Assembly: GCA_009602725.1 (NCBI GenBank)
Contig: WELB01000014.1
Location: forward strand, 774,008 to 794,007
DNA: 20,000 bases
Reading direction: 5' to 3'
Source: Spirogloea muscicola
Taxonomy: Eukaryota
The notes beneath the pieces were generated by a model, which saw only the letters and a program-made list of their open reading frames with translations, was not told the origin of the DNA and did not search any database. This document shows positions 10,683 to 20,000 of the stretch, in pieces; the stretch's first letter is position 1, and each line of letters opens with the position of its first letter. The position numbers and the translations under genes were made by a program.

Positions 10683-13439
10683 TTAGCTTCTTGTTGGCAG
10701 TGCCCTGTAGCCTGGCGGTGGGCTCTCTGAACTTGACTGGCCTGTCAGCCCTCCCAGCCACCCTGCAAGACCTCGGGAGAGGCCCTGCACCAAGCCCTCT
10801 TGCCCGCCTACACCAAATCTGGACCGTCGCACGGCCTCAAAGAAGTCCTCCAGCTGCACAGCGGCCCTTTCTGGTCAAGCTCAACAACAAAAAGGCAGAG
10901 TCAGCGGGTCAGGGACGGGGCGAAAGTCTCACAGGAAGGTGACAATTCTAAGCAAGAGAAATGAGTTGCACTCCATTGTTGCGACTACAAGTAAGTGGGA
11001 GACGAATATTATGTTAAGAGGGGGCTAAGTGCAGAGACTGTCTTAGTATTTACAAAAAATTGTAGGGACCAAAACAAAGGGCTAAAAAGGCAAGTGTCAA
11101 AGTCAAGCAGTACCCTTCCGAGCTGCAAGCAGCGCGGCCTCATTGACCACGTTGGCGAGGTCAGCCCCTGTGAAACCGGGGGTGACACTTGCCACCATCC
11201 TGCGCATGCAGCCCGCACCAGTGAGATTGACAAAGTCGTAAATGACAGAAGCACGCTGTGCGAAGTTGCGCCAGAAGCATGCACGGACAACAAGACTGGC
11301 AACACTCATTGGGTAAGGACACATTGTCAGATGTTGACCACTTGCTACATATAGGTGTCTGATTAGATGGTCAATAATCAGCTGGTTCCTCACCGGCAGA
11401 GTGCTGCGGAGTCGCCTTGGACCGGTAGCCCCCGGGCATGGACGGCCAGAATCTGCTCGCGGCCCCGCTGGTCTGGAACGGGCACCAGCACCCGCCGCGA
11501 GAGCCTCCCGGGCCTGATCAGCGCAGGGTCCAGCGCCTCCGGCCGGTTCGTCGCCGCTAGAACCAGGACGCCCGAGTCGCCCTCAAAGCCGTCCATCTCC
11601 GTGAGAAGCTGTGTGCAAGACGAGGAGAAGCTGGCTCAATTGGTGATGCACACTGTGCCTGCAGCACCGCCATGCATCACAGAACTTCTGCAATGAGGAG
11701 ACGGTTGCACTCAGTAATGGAAGCCGCTCTACACTCCCAGGTTGAAGATGCGGAACTTTGCCTGATTGAGGGTCTGGTCGCGCTCATCGTTGAAGCTGAG
11801 GCCCCTCTTCCCTCCCACAGCGTCAAGCTCGTCGATGAAGACGATGGACGGCGTCCGCTTGCGGGCCATGGCAAAGAGCTCACGGACCCGCGCGGCGCCC
11901 CGGCCCACAAAGAGCTCCACAAACTCGCTTGCTGACGCTGCAAAGAAGGGGACGCCGGCCTCACTGGCTACAGCCCTTGCCAGCATGGTCTTGCCAGTAC
12001 CGGGAGGGCCCACCAGGAGCACGCCCCGCGGCAGCTTCGCGCTCAGACCCTTGTACTTGGGGGCGCCCCTGAGGCACTGTACTAGCTGCCACACCGCAGC
12101 AAAATTCAAGCTATTACTTACTCCACATCTGCAGTACAAGTCCAGTACTTAAAGAGCTGAGTGTTGTGTGCGTCATTCGAGAGACTCAACCACTATGATG
12201 ATGAGCTGTGGGTTCAAGGACCTACCTCACTGAGTTCAGCCTTGGCAGTATCGACGCCAGCAACATCAGCAAAGCTCACGCCCTTGCTCGCCTGCTTCTT
12301 CTGCTTCCGTGCAGAAACCCGCCCGCTGACCTGCCACGTGGTGGCACAAGGAAGAGGGGGCCTAAGTTGTCATGCTATCACGAGCATGCTGAGGGGCGAG
12401 GATGGGCTAGCATCGCATGCATGGGACATGCTGTGCCGTGGCTCTGCTCACCTGGCGGTACATGAAGTAGAACAAAGGCAGGAGCGGGACCCAGACGAGC
12501 GCGACGGAGCCCATGGCGCGCTGCAGCACTGCGCTCACCGGCTGCGGCGCTGAGCTGTAACGCACACCCTCTGCTTGGCGGAGCCCACAAAGAGAGGGCA
12601 GCAACAATCAGCAGTAGAAGCCCAAGGCTCTACACTACCTGCAGAGCAGGCCGCCCGAGGCACATACAACACAAGCCTGCTGCCTGCAGCAAGGCTTGGC
12701 CTTCAGAATCTACGGCGCAGAGTTCAGTGCTCAGGGCCTTTGCCTGGATCTTCCGGACAAGTGAACAGAGGTTGGAGGATGAGAGCTTATGATTATTCAA
12801 TCACCAAAGTTGGACAACAACAACAACATGCTGGTAGGAAGTTAATGAAATCCGAGCTTGACTCACTTGATCTAGGGTTTAGGTCTCCTATTAAGTTCCT
12901 ATAGTTAAGATTTAGAAGGACAGGCAGGCTGTGGAAAAGAGGCACGGCACTGGCCGCGACCACCTTCCACGTGCTGGAGCTGGCATGCATGCCGGCCCAG
13001 AGACCGTGGCTGGAGCAAGATTCATTATCTTGCCTTGGCGCATGAGTGCGAGCAGGTTGCCCTCGTCGCCGCGGACCGTGCGCGTGTCAAACTGCCACTT
13101 GGGGCTGGGCCTGCCGTGACCAGGCCAGGTGCCGGTGGAAGGTCGTCAGCTTCATGGAGCGTAAGCAAAAGCTGGGGAAGGGGCACTACTGTGGCGGCGC
13201 AAGCGAGGAGCTGCAAGCCTTCCTGGCGCGGCAGCCTGGTGGGAGACGCAACCTCGGCCTGCTCACCTCTTGGGCAAGGCTGCCGGAGCAGCCTCGGCTT
13301 GCTCGGCAGCCCGCCGCAGCAGCGTGGCGATGGCAGCCGGTGCTTCAGCGGCGCTCGCCGGCGGCTGCCCCGGGCGCAGCTCGGCGTTGAAGTACACGAG
13401 GTTGGAGCCCTCTTCGAACTTGGCGGCGGTCACGGCCAC
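10683..13439 (-). CDS. FTSHI3: FtsHi3-like proteolytically inactive FtsH AAA+ ATPase, 5'-partial; exons (minus) >13439-13267, 13110-13034, 12570-12452, 12330-12226, 12085-11762, 11608-11394, 11199-11114, 10870-10683
   Basis: Spliced protein: [17 protein letters not shown]...WQFDTR...[17 protein letters not shown]...[15 protein letters not shown] (hydrophobic, TM-like), FADVAGVD, Walker A GPPGTGKT, Walker [53 protein letters not shown], then EAVRRSRFG...[11 protein letters not shown] with no M41/HEXXH domain. Architecture and motifs match Arabidopsis FtsHi3 as recalled. Confidence 0.9.
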
Positions 13440-13472
13440 GCCGCCGGCGCCGCCGCCGCCGCCGCGGGCGCC

Positions 13473-14307
13473 ATGGACGCCGCGAAGGTGGCGCAGCTGC
13501 GGCAGTTCGTGACGCTGTGCCAGGCGTCGCCCGCCGTGCTCGCCTCGCCCAACCTGCGCTTCTTCCGCGACTACCTCGAAGCGTGCGCCGCCTCCTCTGA
13601 CCCCGGCCTCCGCAGCCTGGCCGCCAGTCCGGCTGCGCCAGCTCCCTTAGCACGGCTATGTAGTGGCTGCCGCCGCCTCGCCCCGCCTCTAGCCTTTCCT
13701 TAGCTGCTGAGCGCAGTGGCACAAGCCTGCCTGACTGTGACACTCAAGTCCCGCCTCTGCTCCCATACCCCTCAAGCGAGCTGCAAATTAGTTGCTGCTT
13801 GTTACACTGTGGACTTGCCGTGCCGGCTCCGTCTCGGTCCTCCGTGACGCAAATGGCGGCATATCTGACGGACTGAGCTGGCCGCGCTGGCGTGCGGCAG
13901 GCTGGGGGCGAAGCTTCCGGCGGAGGCTTATGGCTCGGTGAGCGCCTCTTGCTGCCCCTGCTTCACGGCAGGCTGCCATGGCCATACGAAGCCGTTCTGG
14001 CCACTTTTGGCACTGATTAGTAGCCCTGTCCTGAGACGAGACTAGGCGGAGCCCTTTGAGACTCCTGTATACCTATTCCATGGCGCTCGCTGAGAATTCC
14101 GAGTGCTGCTGTGGGCATTCACAGGAGCCAGAGAGTGATGCAGGGGGGGCAGCTCAAGAGCCGCGGCACCACGAGCACGCGAGGGAAGAGTCAGCCGTTC
14201 CCGTGGAGGAGGAGGAGCAGCAGGAGGAGAAGGACGAGGGCTTGCCACCAGAGCCAGAGCTTGACATGGAGTCGGTTGTAGAGCCTGACGAGGAGCCTTC
14301 GCAGAAG
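13473..14307 (+). CDS. HIP: Hsp70-interacting protein (HIP/ST13/FAM10 family; TDX not excluded), 3'-partial; exons 13473-13582, 13901-13937, 14125-14307
   Basis: MDAAKVAQLRQFVTLCQASPAVLASPNLRFFRDYLEA|LGAKLP is the HIP N-terminal dimerisation domain, followed by the acidic linker ending ELDMESVVEPDEEPSQK|gt. The expected next exon and TPR exons were not found after the N at 14436. Confidence 0.88.
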
Positions 14308-14435
14308 GTGCAGCCAGAACTGAAGCGCTGGACAGTGACGGCAGGGCACATTGGAAACATCTTTGCCGAAGTTGGAAATGCACATGTCTGCTCCCGACTC
14401 AGTAGCTGTGCTGCTGTGCGGCGGCTACAATCCAC

Positions 14436-14436
14436 N
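14436..14436. other. Single N, probable contig/scaffold join
   Basis: Only ambiguous base in the window; sequence switches abruptly from intron-like to very GC-rich, and HIP exons do not continue beyond it. Confidence 0.75.
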
Positions 14437-14562
14437 GGCGCGGCGGCTGCTGCGGCGCCGGCCGCGGCGGGAGTTCCGGCGCGGGCCGCGGCGGCGATCG
14501 CGGGGGCGACCTTAAACCCCAAATCCCCTCCAAGCCCTTCGCTGGCGCGGCCGCTACTGTCG

Positions 14563-14604
14563 ACGTGGCGCGGCCGTTAGGCAACGTGGCGCGGCCGTTA
14601 GGCA
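14563..14604. repeat. Perfect 21-bp tandem duplication ACGTGGCGCGGCCGTTAGGCA x2
   Basis: 14563-14583 = 14584-14604; each copy carries an ABRE-like ACGTGGC. Confidence 0.9.
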
Positions 14605-17421
14605 CCGTTGTTCGAGTGGGAAGACGCATCCAGTAGTGGGCGATGGCTGCGAGTGGCCAGCCCCAGTAAGGAACGAAAGGGACGCCCGAGATCCGACACG
14701 TACTGGGAGCTGAGGGCGAAGGCGCGCATGAGATTCAATGAAGGCGGAAACGAGCCAGTCCACTGTTTGCAAAAACTTGAAACGAAGAGCTCTTCCAAAT
14801 TGACAGCAGTGGCTGTGTGAGAGGCCAGCCCGAAGAAATCGACAAGGTGATCGACCAAAGAGATCATCTGTGAGCGGCTGAGAGACTGAGAGTAAGCTCT
14901 TCCAGAGAAGGAAAGTGGCTCGTCCAGGGGGGCGAGGGCCGTGAGAAGAAGAAGAAGCAGCTCTTTCCAATGGGGCGAGGGTCTGGGCAAGCCAACCCAC
15001 AAAAGACTGCACAAGGTCCACAGGAGCCAGAAAGAGTGTGTGAGAGGCCTGAAGAGTGGACAAGATCCCAAGGGGCCGGAAAGCGAGACTTCTGCGCCTG
15101 CCATGCGCCGGGCGTTCTTGGCTCCTTAGCCCTGGGGCATCGCACGCGCCTCTCCATCTCCCTGCAGCGTTGCCTGACTTGCACAGTGCATCTGCGTGCT
15201 GGCCGTGCCCTGGCTGCAGCCTCGGATTATAGGCGAGGTGACTTTGTTCCTCATCTCTACAACTGCTTTTCTCTCCGACTTGCGGCTGCTGAGTTGGGGT
15301 TGTTCAACGGGCTCAACATAGTGGTCACTTGCCCTGAGTAGTATATTCATCTGTTCCGATCCCTCATAATCTTGTTCGTTATCTTTGGGCTGGCCTTCAC
15401 AGTCATGGCCCAATATGCAAGGGCTTTCCTTGAGCGGGCCCTGTGTGCCCATTTAAGGGTGGTCGTCAACGAGAATACCGCACAGCTTTGTGAGGCAGTT
15501 GCCGAAATAATCTTGACCTCGCAAGTCGCTGCATCGGTGTTGCAAATGTTGTCTGGCTGCTGTTTCTTCTTCTTGCGGCTATTTACTAACTGCTGGGCAC
15601 CCAATGTGGTAGCCACATTGAAATTGCGTGGTTCGCTCTTTTGGCCCCAACGAATATTGTTCAATCCTATTGGGCCCCATTCTGAAGGAAGCTTCTTCTG
15701 TCCATTGTTTTGGGCTGGCATCTCACAGCCACCAGTCACTTTGGAAGCGCTGTTGTTTTCTTCTGTCAATTCGACATTTGGGCTTTGTTGTCGATGTAGC
15801 CCTCCGGCCCGTTCGGACCTTGTTCATTCTCTTTTTGGCTGGCTTTACACAGCCCTCGCACCCTTCGGAGGCGCTTGATCTCGTTTGGGCTGGTCTCTCG
15901 CGGGCATGCCTCCCTTTGAACCAGCAGCCGCTCTCTCTTTCTTTCAAGGGCGTTCTGCGTTCCCAGGCTCTAGCCACTTATCAGCGTGCTGAGCGCGCAC
16001 TAAGGCAGGCCACTGGCTTGCGTCGTGATGCTCAGGCGCCCCAGATAAGTCTGGCAGGTATGTATGTGCTCACTCGTAAGTACTACAATCCCCCTTCACT
16101 TGCGTTTCCGATTTGTTAAATTGCTCAACCGAAGACTAGTTTCTCTGACCTGCGGCTGCTCTAGGGGGGATTCAGCACGCAGTGGCCACTTGAGTCGCTG
16201 TGTGCTTTTGCACTCATGTGGGCCTAACGAATTTTGTACATACTCTTCTGGGCTGGCCAATCACAGCAATCGCCCTTTACTGGAAGAGTTTTTCTTGTTG
16301 GTCCTGTTAGACCCTTTGATTGTCCTTCTTACTCCAGATTACTGTCGGATTCGTGTATGCTCTATTCGTTGTTACTGGTGTACACACTGTTACCTTAGCC
16401 ACCTTAGCATAGGGCTTCGTTTCACTCAGCCCCACTTGTAGCACTAGCTTTTGCTTGAACAGTGTATTGGCTTGAGTTGGCCTGCCTTGCGATTGTTGCG
16501 CACCGCGCGCCTTCTCCCTACACAATGTACTGGCTTGCTTGGCCTCCCTTTCATGTCATACGCACCGCGCGTCTTTCCCGGCAGCTGTCTCGCGGAGGGA
16601 CATGCTCACGTAGCCCCACTGTTGCTTGCAGCCTCGTCCGCTGCGCCCGCCCTCCTGTTGCTTCTGGCTGTTGCCTCTGGCTCTGGCCAGGGGAATTCCG
16701 TTTATTAGAAACTAATGTAGGCCAAATGGCCAAGTACAAAGGCAAGCACATCTAAAGATCTACATAACCTACAGCAGATTGACCCGCTCAATAACCACGT
16801 GTTAAAACATGAAGGTCACTATTCGATGCATGAATACCAGATGCCAGAAACGGAGCCCTTCTGCCACCAACTAGAGCTCGCCCGGCTTTCTGGTGCAAGG
16901 CACTAGCCTGAGCACGCTGCAAACAGGCCGAAACTCGTCGTTGCAAGAGCGACAGATATGGAGCTGGCAAGCCCATCTTAGCCGGAAACACATCTGCACG
17001 TCGAGTGTAGCCTAGATTGGCAATGTTTTGAAGGAGAGTGTGGAAATAGGACCCAAACAGCCAAAGATGTCCATTGCCGCTGGCAGGAGCTGATTGCATT
17101 GGGGATAATCGGAGTAGTGCCGCAGTTTCCTTTGTTAGGAGACCCGCTTCCAGGAGCCCAGTCTCTCTGACCTGAGGCTGCTAAGCAGGGGTTACTGAGT
17201 GCTTCGTAGCTGCTTAGATTCGCTTTGTGCTTGTTTTGCTTAGTGCTTCGCCTGGCCCCTTCTTGAAGGGAAAGGTAGTGCAAACCTTGGAGCTACCTAA
17301 AGCGAAGCTTAACGCTAAGTGGGGCTAAGGAATCAGGGCAAGGGCTGGGTTGGAGGAGAAGCTTTGATACCCACAAGCGAGCAAGAGAGAAGCTCCTCAA
17401 GCTCTTCAAGCTCTTCAACGT

Positions 17422-18222
17422 GAGAGAAGGCGCAGCGGGGCGCATGAATTGAAAGGGAGGCCAATTCAAGCCAATACATTGTTCAGGCAGAGTCGAGTGC
17501 AGACTAAACAATGCTACATAATACGGAGACCTAATCTAAGGTACCTAAGATGACATTAGTACCCAACGTGAGGCAATGACTGTGAGAGGGCCCCGGGCAG
17601 CAGGGCGAGCAGCCCGGCTTCAACGTCGCCGGGTCCCTCGCTCAAGTCTTCCGAATGCGTTTGGGCCATCTCGATGCAGCGGTCCCTTGCCTTCGCGGTT
17701 CACTTGCGCGCAGGCCGAGCTTTGGCGGCGGCCTCCGGCTTCAGGGCGACGTCTTTCCGCCGGCTAGCTACTCAGACTTGCATCTCCTAACTAGAGGTTA
17801 CTGAGCGGCCTTCGCACTCCGGCTCCTCCAGACCTTGTCCATTCCTTTTGGCTGGCCTTTCCCAGCCACCAGTCAATCTGGCCGCGCTTTCTTTCGAGAG
17901 GCCAGCCTTGGGATGCGGTTGCTTAGCAGGGGTTACTGAGTGCTTCTTCGGCCTCCGGCTTTCGGGGCGAAAGCAGGAAGTGCGGCCAGATTGACTGGTG
18001 GCTGGGAAAGGCCAGCCCAAAGGAATGGACGTGGCGGCGCTCCCCAAGTTAGCTTGTCAGATTTGTTTGCGCTCACCCGTGAATATTTATGTCAATTTAG
18101 GCACCTTAGTTTAGGTCTCCATATTATGTAGCCTTGTTTAGGTTGCACTAAACTCTGCCTGAACAATGTATTGGCTTGAATTGGCCTCCATTTCATTTCA
18201 TGCGCCCTGCGCGCCTTCTCTC
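17422..18222. repeat. Nested inverted repeats: 17422-17556 / 18089-18222 (outer) and 17837-17889 / 17978-18030 (inner)
   Basis: Direct reverse-complement alignment: inner arms 51/53 identical; outer arms about 135 bp and roughly 90% identical by eye. Confidence 0.9.
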
Positions 18223-18820
18223 TTCGTAGCTACTTGTTTCCCTGTATGCTTTAGCGCTGTCCTTGGCCTCTTCAAACTTTGTTCATTCTTTTCCCTGGCC
18301 TGGCCTCTTCCAGCCACCGCCCTCTCCTTGAAGCGTCTGCCTTGTTGGAGTGGACAAGGGGTAGCAGATACTCCTGACGGGACCATCTTTGTCCTTGAGA
18401 ACTTGGACGTTGTCCGGCCCTCTATTGGGATGGCCTCTCACATCCATCGCCCAGTTTAGAAGGGCTTCCCTTTTCGGGAGCTTCGTCGTGTCGCTCGACA
18501 AGTGGGCAGATCATGGCACCTTTCCGGCGTGTCCAAAGCGGTCCCCACGTCGTTCGTCGTGTGGGGTGCAGATGCTTACCCGAGTGGGTGCTTGGCAGGC
18601 AAGACGAAGCAGCTTCTTTGCAAGGGGAAGGCCTGCGGAGGAGCTGGCGGGGCCACCCGCAGGCAAGTGGCTGCTGGGTCAGGACCCAAATGTACAATGT
18701 ACAATAACAGTACATCCGAAAGGGAACGATACTTTGACAGTGAGAAGATGGGCGGTGCGCATGAATCAAAGGGTGGCTAATTCATTGTTCATGACAGACA
18801 GAAGTAAGATGAAGCAGCTC

Positions 18821-18869
18821 TTTCCACAGCGAGGGCTGTGGAAATCTTCCACAGCGAGGGCTGTGGAAA
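18821..18869. repeat. Tandemly duplicated hairpin (period 25 bp)
   Basis: TTTCCACAGC-GAGG-GCTGTGGAAA (18821-18844), repeated at 18847-18869. Confidence 0.85.
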
Positions 18870-19082
18870 GCCAGCCCACAAAAGAACGAACAAGGTCAGA
18901 ATCGTTTGTTCATTCTTCGTTTCGCAGTGTGAGGCAAGGTCCAAAGGAGCCGCGAAAATTGTGCAGACAGCCAGACGTGAAAAGCCAGCTCACAAAAGAT
19001 AAGATCAGGGGGTGGGTCGGACCGTTGCCGAGAGCAAGGAGGGCACTTGTGCAGGGCCAGCGCCAACGACTGACACCCTCCC

Positions 19083-19217
19083 CACGTGGCACGACCGGGG
19101 TCGCCTTGTGATTCTCCCCTGGCGGAGGGGGGTGGGACCCCCGCCCGGGCCCAGCCGTAGTGGGCGTCAGCAAGTGACGTGGTGACGAACGTTCGGTGAC
19201 GTTCACCTGCACGTGGC
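19083..19217. promoter_or_regulatory. Promoter-like motif cluster: CACGTGGC x2 (19083, 19210) and TCP-site-like GTGGGACCC (19132-19140)
   Basis: Motif matches within a GC-rich stretch near the GC-rich window end; the associated gene was not identified. Confidence 0.3.
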
Positions 19218-20000
19218 GGTCCCTACCGGGCCGTACCGTTCCTGTGCTCCTGTGAGGTGGGGGTTGGGGGAAGGTGCTGGGCCCGCCATGGACGCCTCCG
19301 GAGCCCAGAGATCATTTCATATACTACTAGTCCAGAATATATCCTTCCTCTGTGTGCATTCTTACAATGTCATACTGTGACACGTTTTCAAGTACTGAAT
19401 GACGTGTGTGGAGTGCTCGGCGCGGCGCCAACCGAGCGAGCCCAGCCTCTGCCCTGCGCTTCGGAAATAAGACTCTTCCAGTAGAGGGCGGTGGCTTTGA
19501 TTGGGCGAGCCCAGGAAAAAAAATGGAGAGAGTTCGAAGGGGACAGTAAAGCGGCAAAGCGCACAGCGACGCAAGTGGCCACTGGGTGCTCATTGGCCCC
19601 TCCCCTGTTGAGCGGCCGGAGCGACACAGACACTACACTCGTCTCCGGCTGCCCGGCCCTGCGCCGCCGCCGGGAGGCCGTGCCCGACGCGGGCGCTCGC
19701 TTCTCGTCACTGTAGCGCGCGCGCGCGGGCGGTCCAAGGAAAGGGGGAGGCTGATGGGGCCCGCGCTGGGGATGCCGCGCTGCCGCCCCGAGCTGGCGCG
19801 CGCGGGGGGCCCGTGCCCCAGCCTGGCGCAGCACTGCGCCGCCACTTGCGCCGCCTGCCGCAACCCCCCCCCCACGGCGTGCGCTCGCTTCTGCCGGCCG
19901 TGCAGCTTGCCATAGCGACGGGGCCCCGCGCGCCTGCCTGCCCCAGAGGGCCCGTCCCGCCGCGGCGCCGCGGGAGCCTCGCCCCCCGGCCGCCGTCTGC

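Larger units (their letters stand above)
14620..19530. repeat. About 5-kb mosaic of degenerate repeat modules in both orientations (probable decayed or nested non-autonomous TE family)
   Basis: More than 10 copies of a ~70-bp unit (core TTGGGCTGGCCTYTCACAGCCA...TGGAAGAG) and 6 copies of a ~60-bp unit (ACAATGTATTGGCTTG...TTTCATGCGCACCGCGCGCCTTCTCT); no recognisable protein in any ORF. Confidence 0.85.

Noticed and set aside
10683..10870. FtsH lacking its protease domain as a pseudogene or novelty
   Set aside because: Absence of the M41 domain and this short C-terminus are the known architecture of FtsHi3.
12873..12880. Telo-box/telomere-like TAGGGTTT in an FtsHi3 intron
   Set aside because: Single 8-mer, not an array and not in a promoter position; compatible with chance.
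14554..19111. ORFs of 100-240 aa in the repeat block with a recurring GLASHSHRPLLEE-like peptide (LRR-like?)
   Set aside because: The peptide is simply the translation of module U; copies differ by frame-breaking indels, lie on both strands and show no recognisable domain.
19288..19346. gccATGG start followed by ATATCCTT (U12-type donor) at 19339
   Set aside because: No U12 branch site (TCCTTAAC) or matching acceptor and next exon found; the peptide is unrecognisable.
14620..19530. CRISPR-like repeat/spacer arrangement or a 167-bp satellite
   Set aside because: Repeats are degenerate, irregularly spaced and in both orientations in a eukaryotic context; spacers between the three 167-168-bp-spaced cores are not homologous.
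19590..20000. GC-rich end of window as a coding first exon
   Set aside because: Probably a promoter or 5' leader of a neighbouring gene, but no recognisable protein or splice structure lies within the window.

Overview
Intron-rich eukaryotic DNA, most likely a streptophyte alga or other early-diverging green plant (inferred from a land-plant-type TPI intron pattern and an FtsHi3 orthologue). I spliced four genes by hand: complete cytosolic triosephosphate isomerase (+, 9 exons, 2511-4848); a stand-alone type II pantothenate kinase (+, 12 exons, about 6572-10257, start unresolved); a 5'-truncated FtsHi3-like protease-less FtsH AAA ATPase (-, 8 visible exons, 13439-10683, two GC-AG introns); and the first three exons of an Hsp70-interacting protein (HIP/ST13-like, +, 13473-14307), followed by an N at 14436. 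FtsHi3 and HIP abut head-to-head through a (GCC)5 tract, probably an assembly chimera. The most unusual content is non-coding: a family of about 20-135 bp modules filling about 1220-2300, 5558-6098 and 14620-19530. The modules recur in shuffled order and orientation, form nested inverted repeats, lie next to known or candidate gene 5' ends, and were not seen in introns. A nested multi-stem sequence with a uORF and a perfect splice donor lies just upstream of the pantothenate kinase. All alignments were done by eye; no database search or folding calculation was run.
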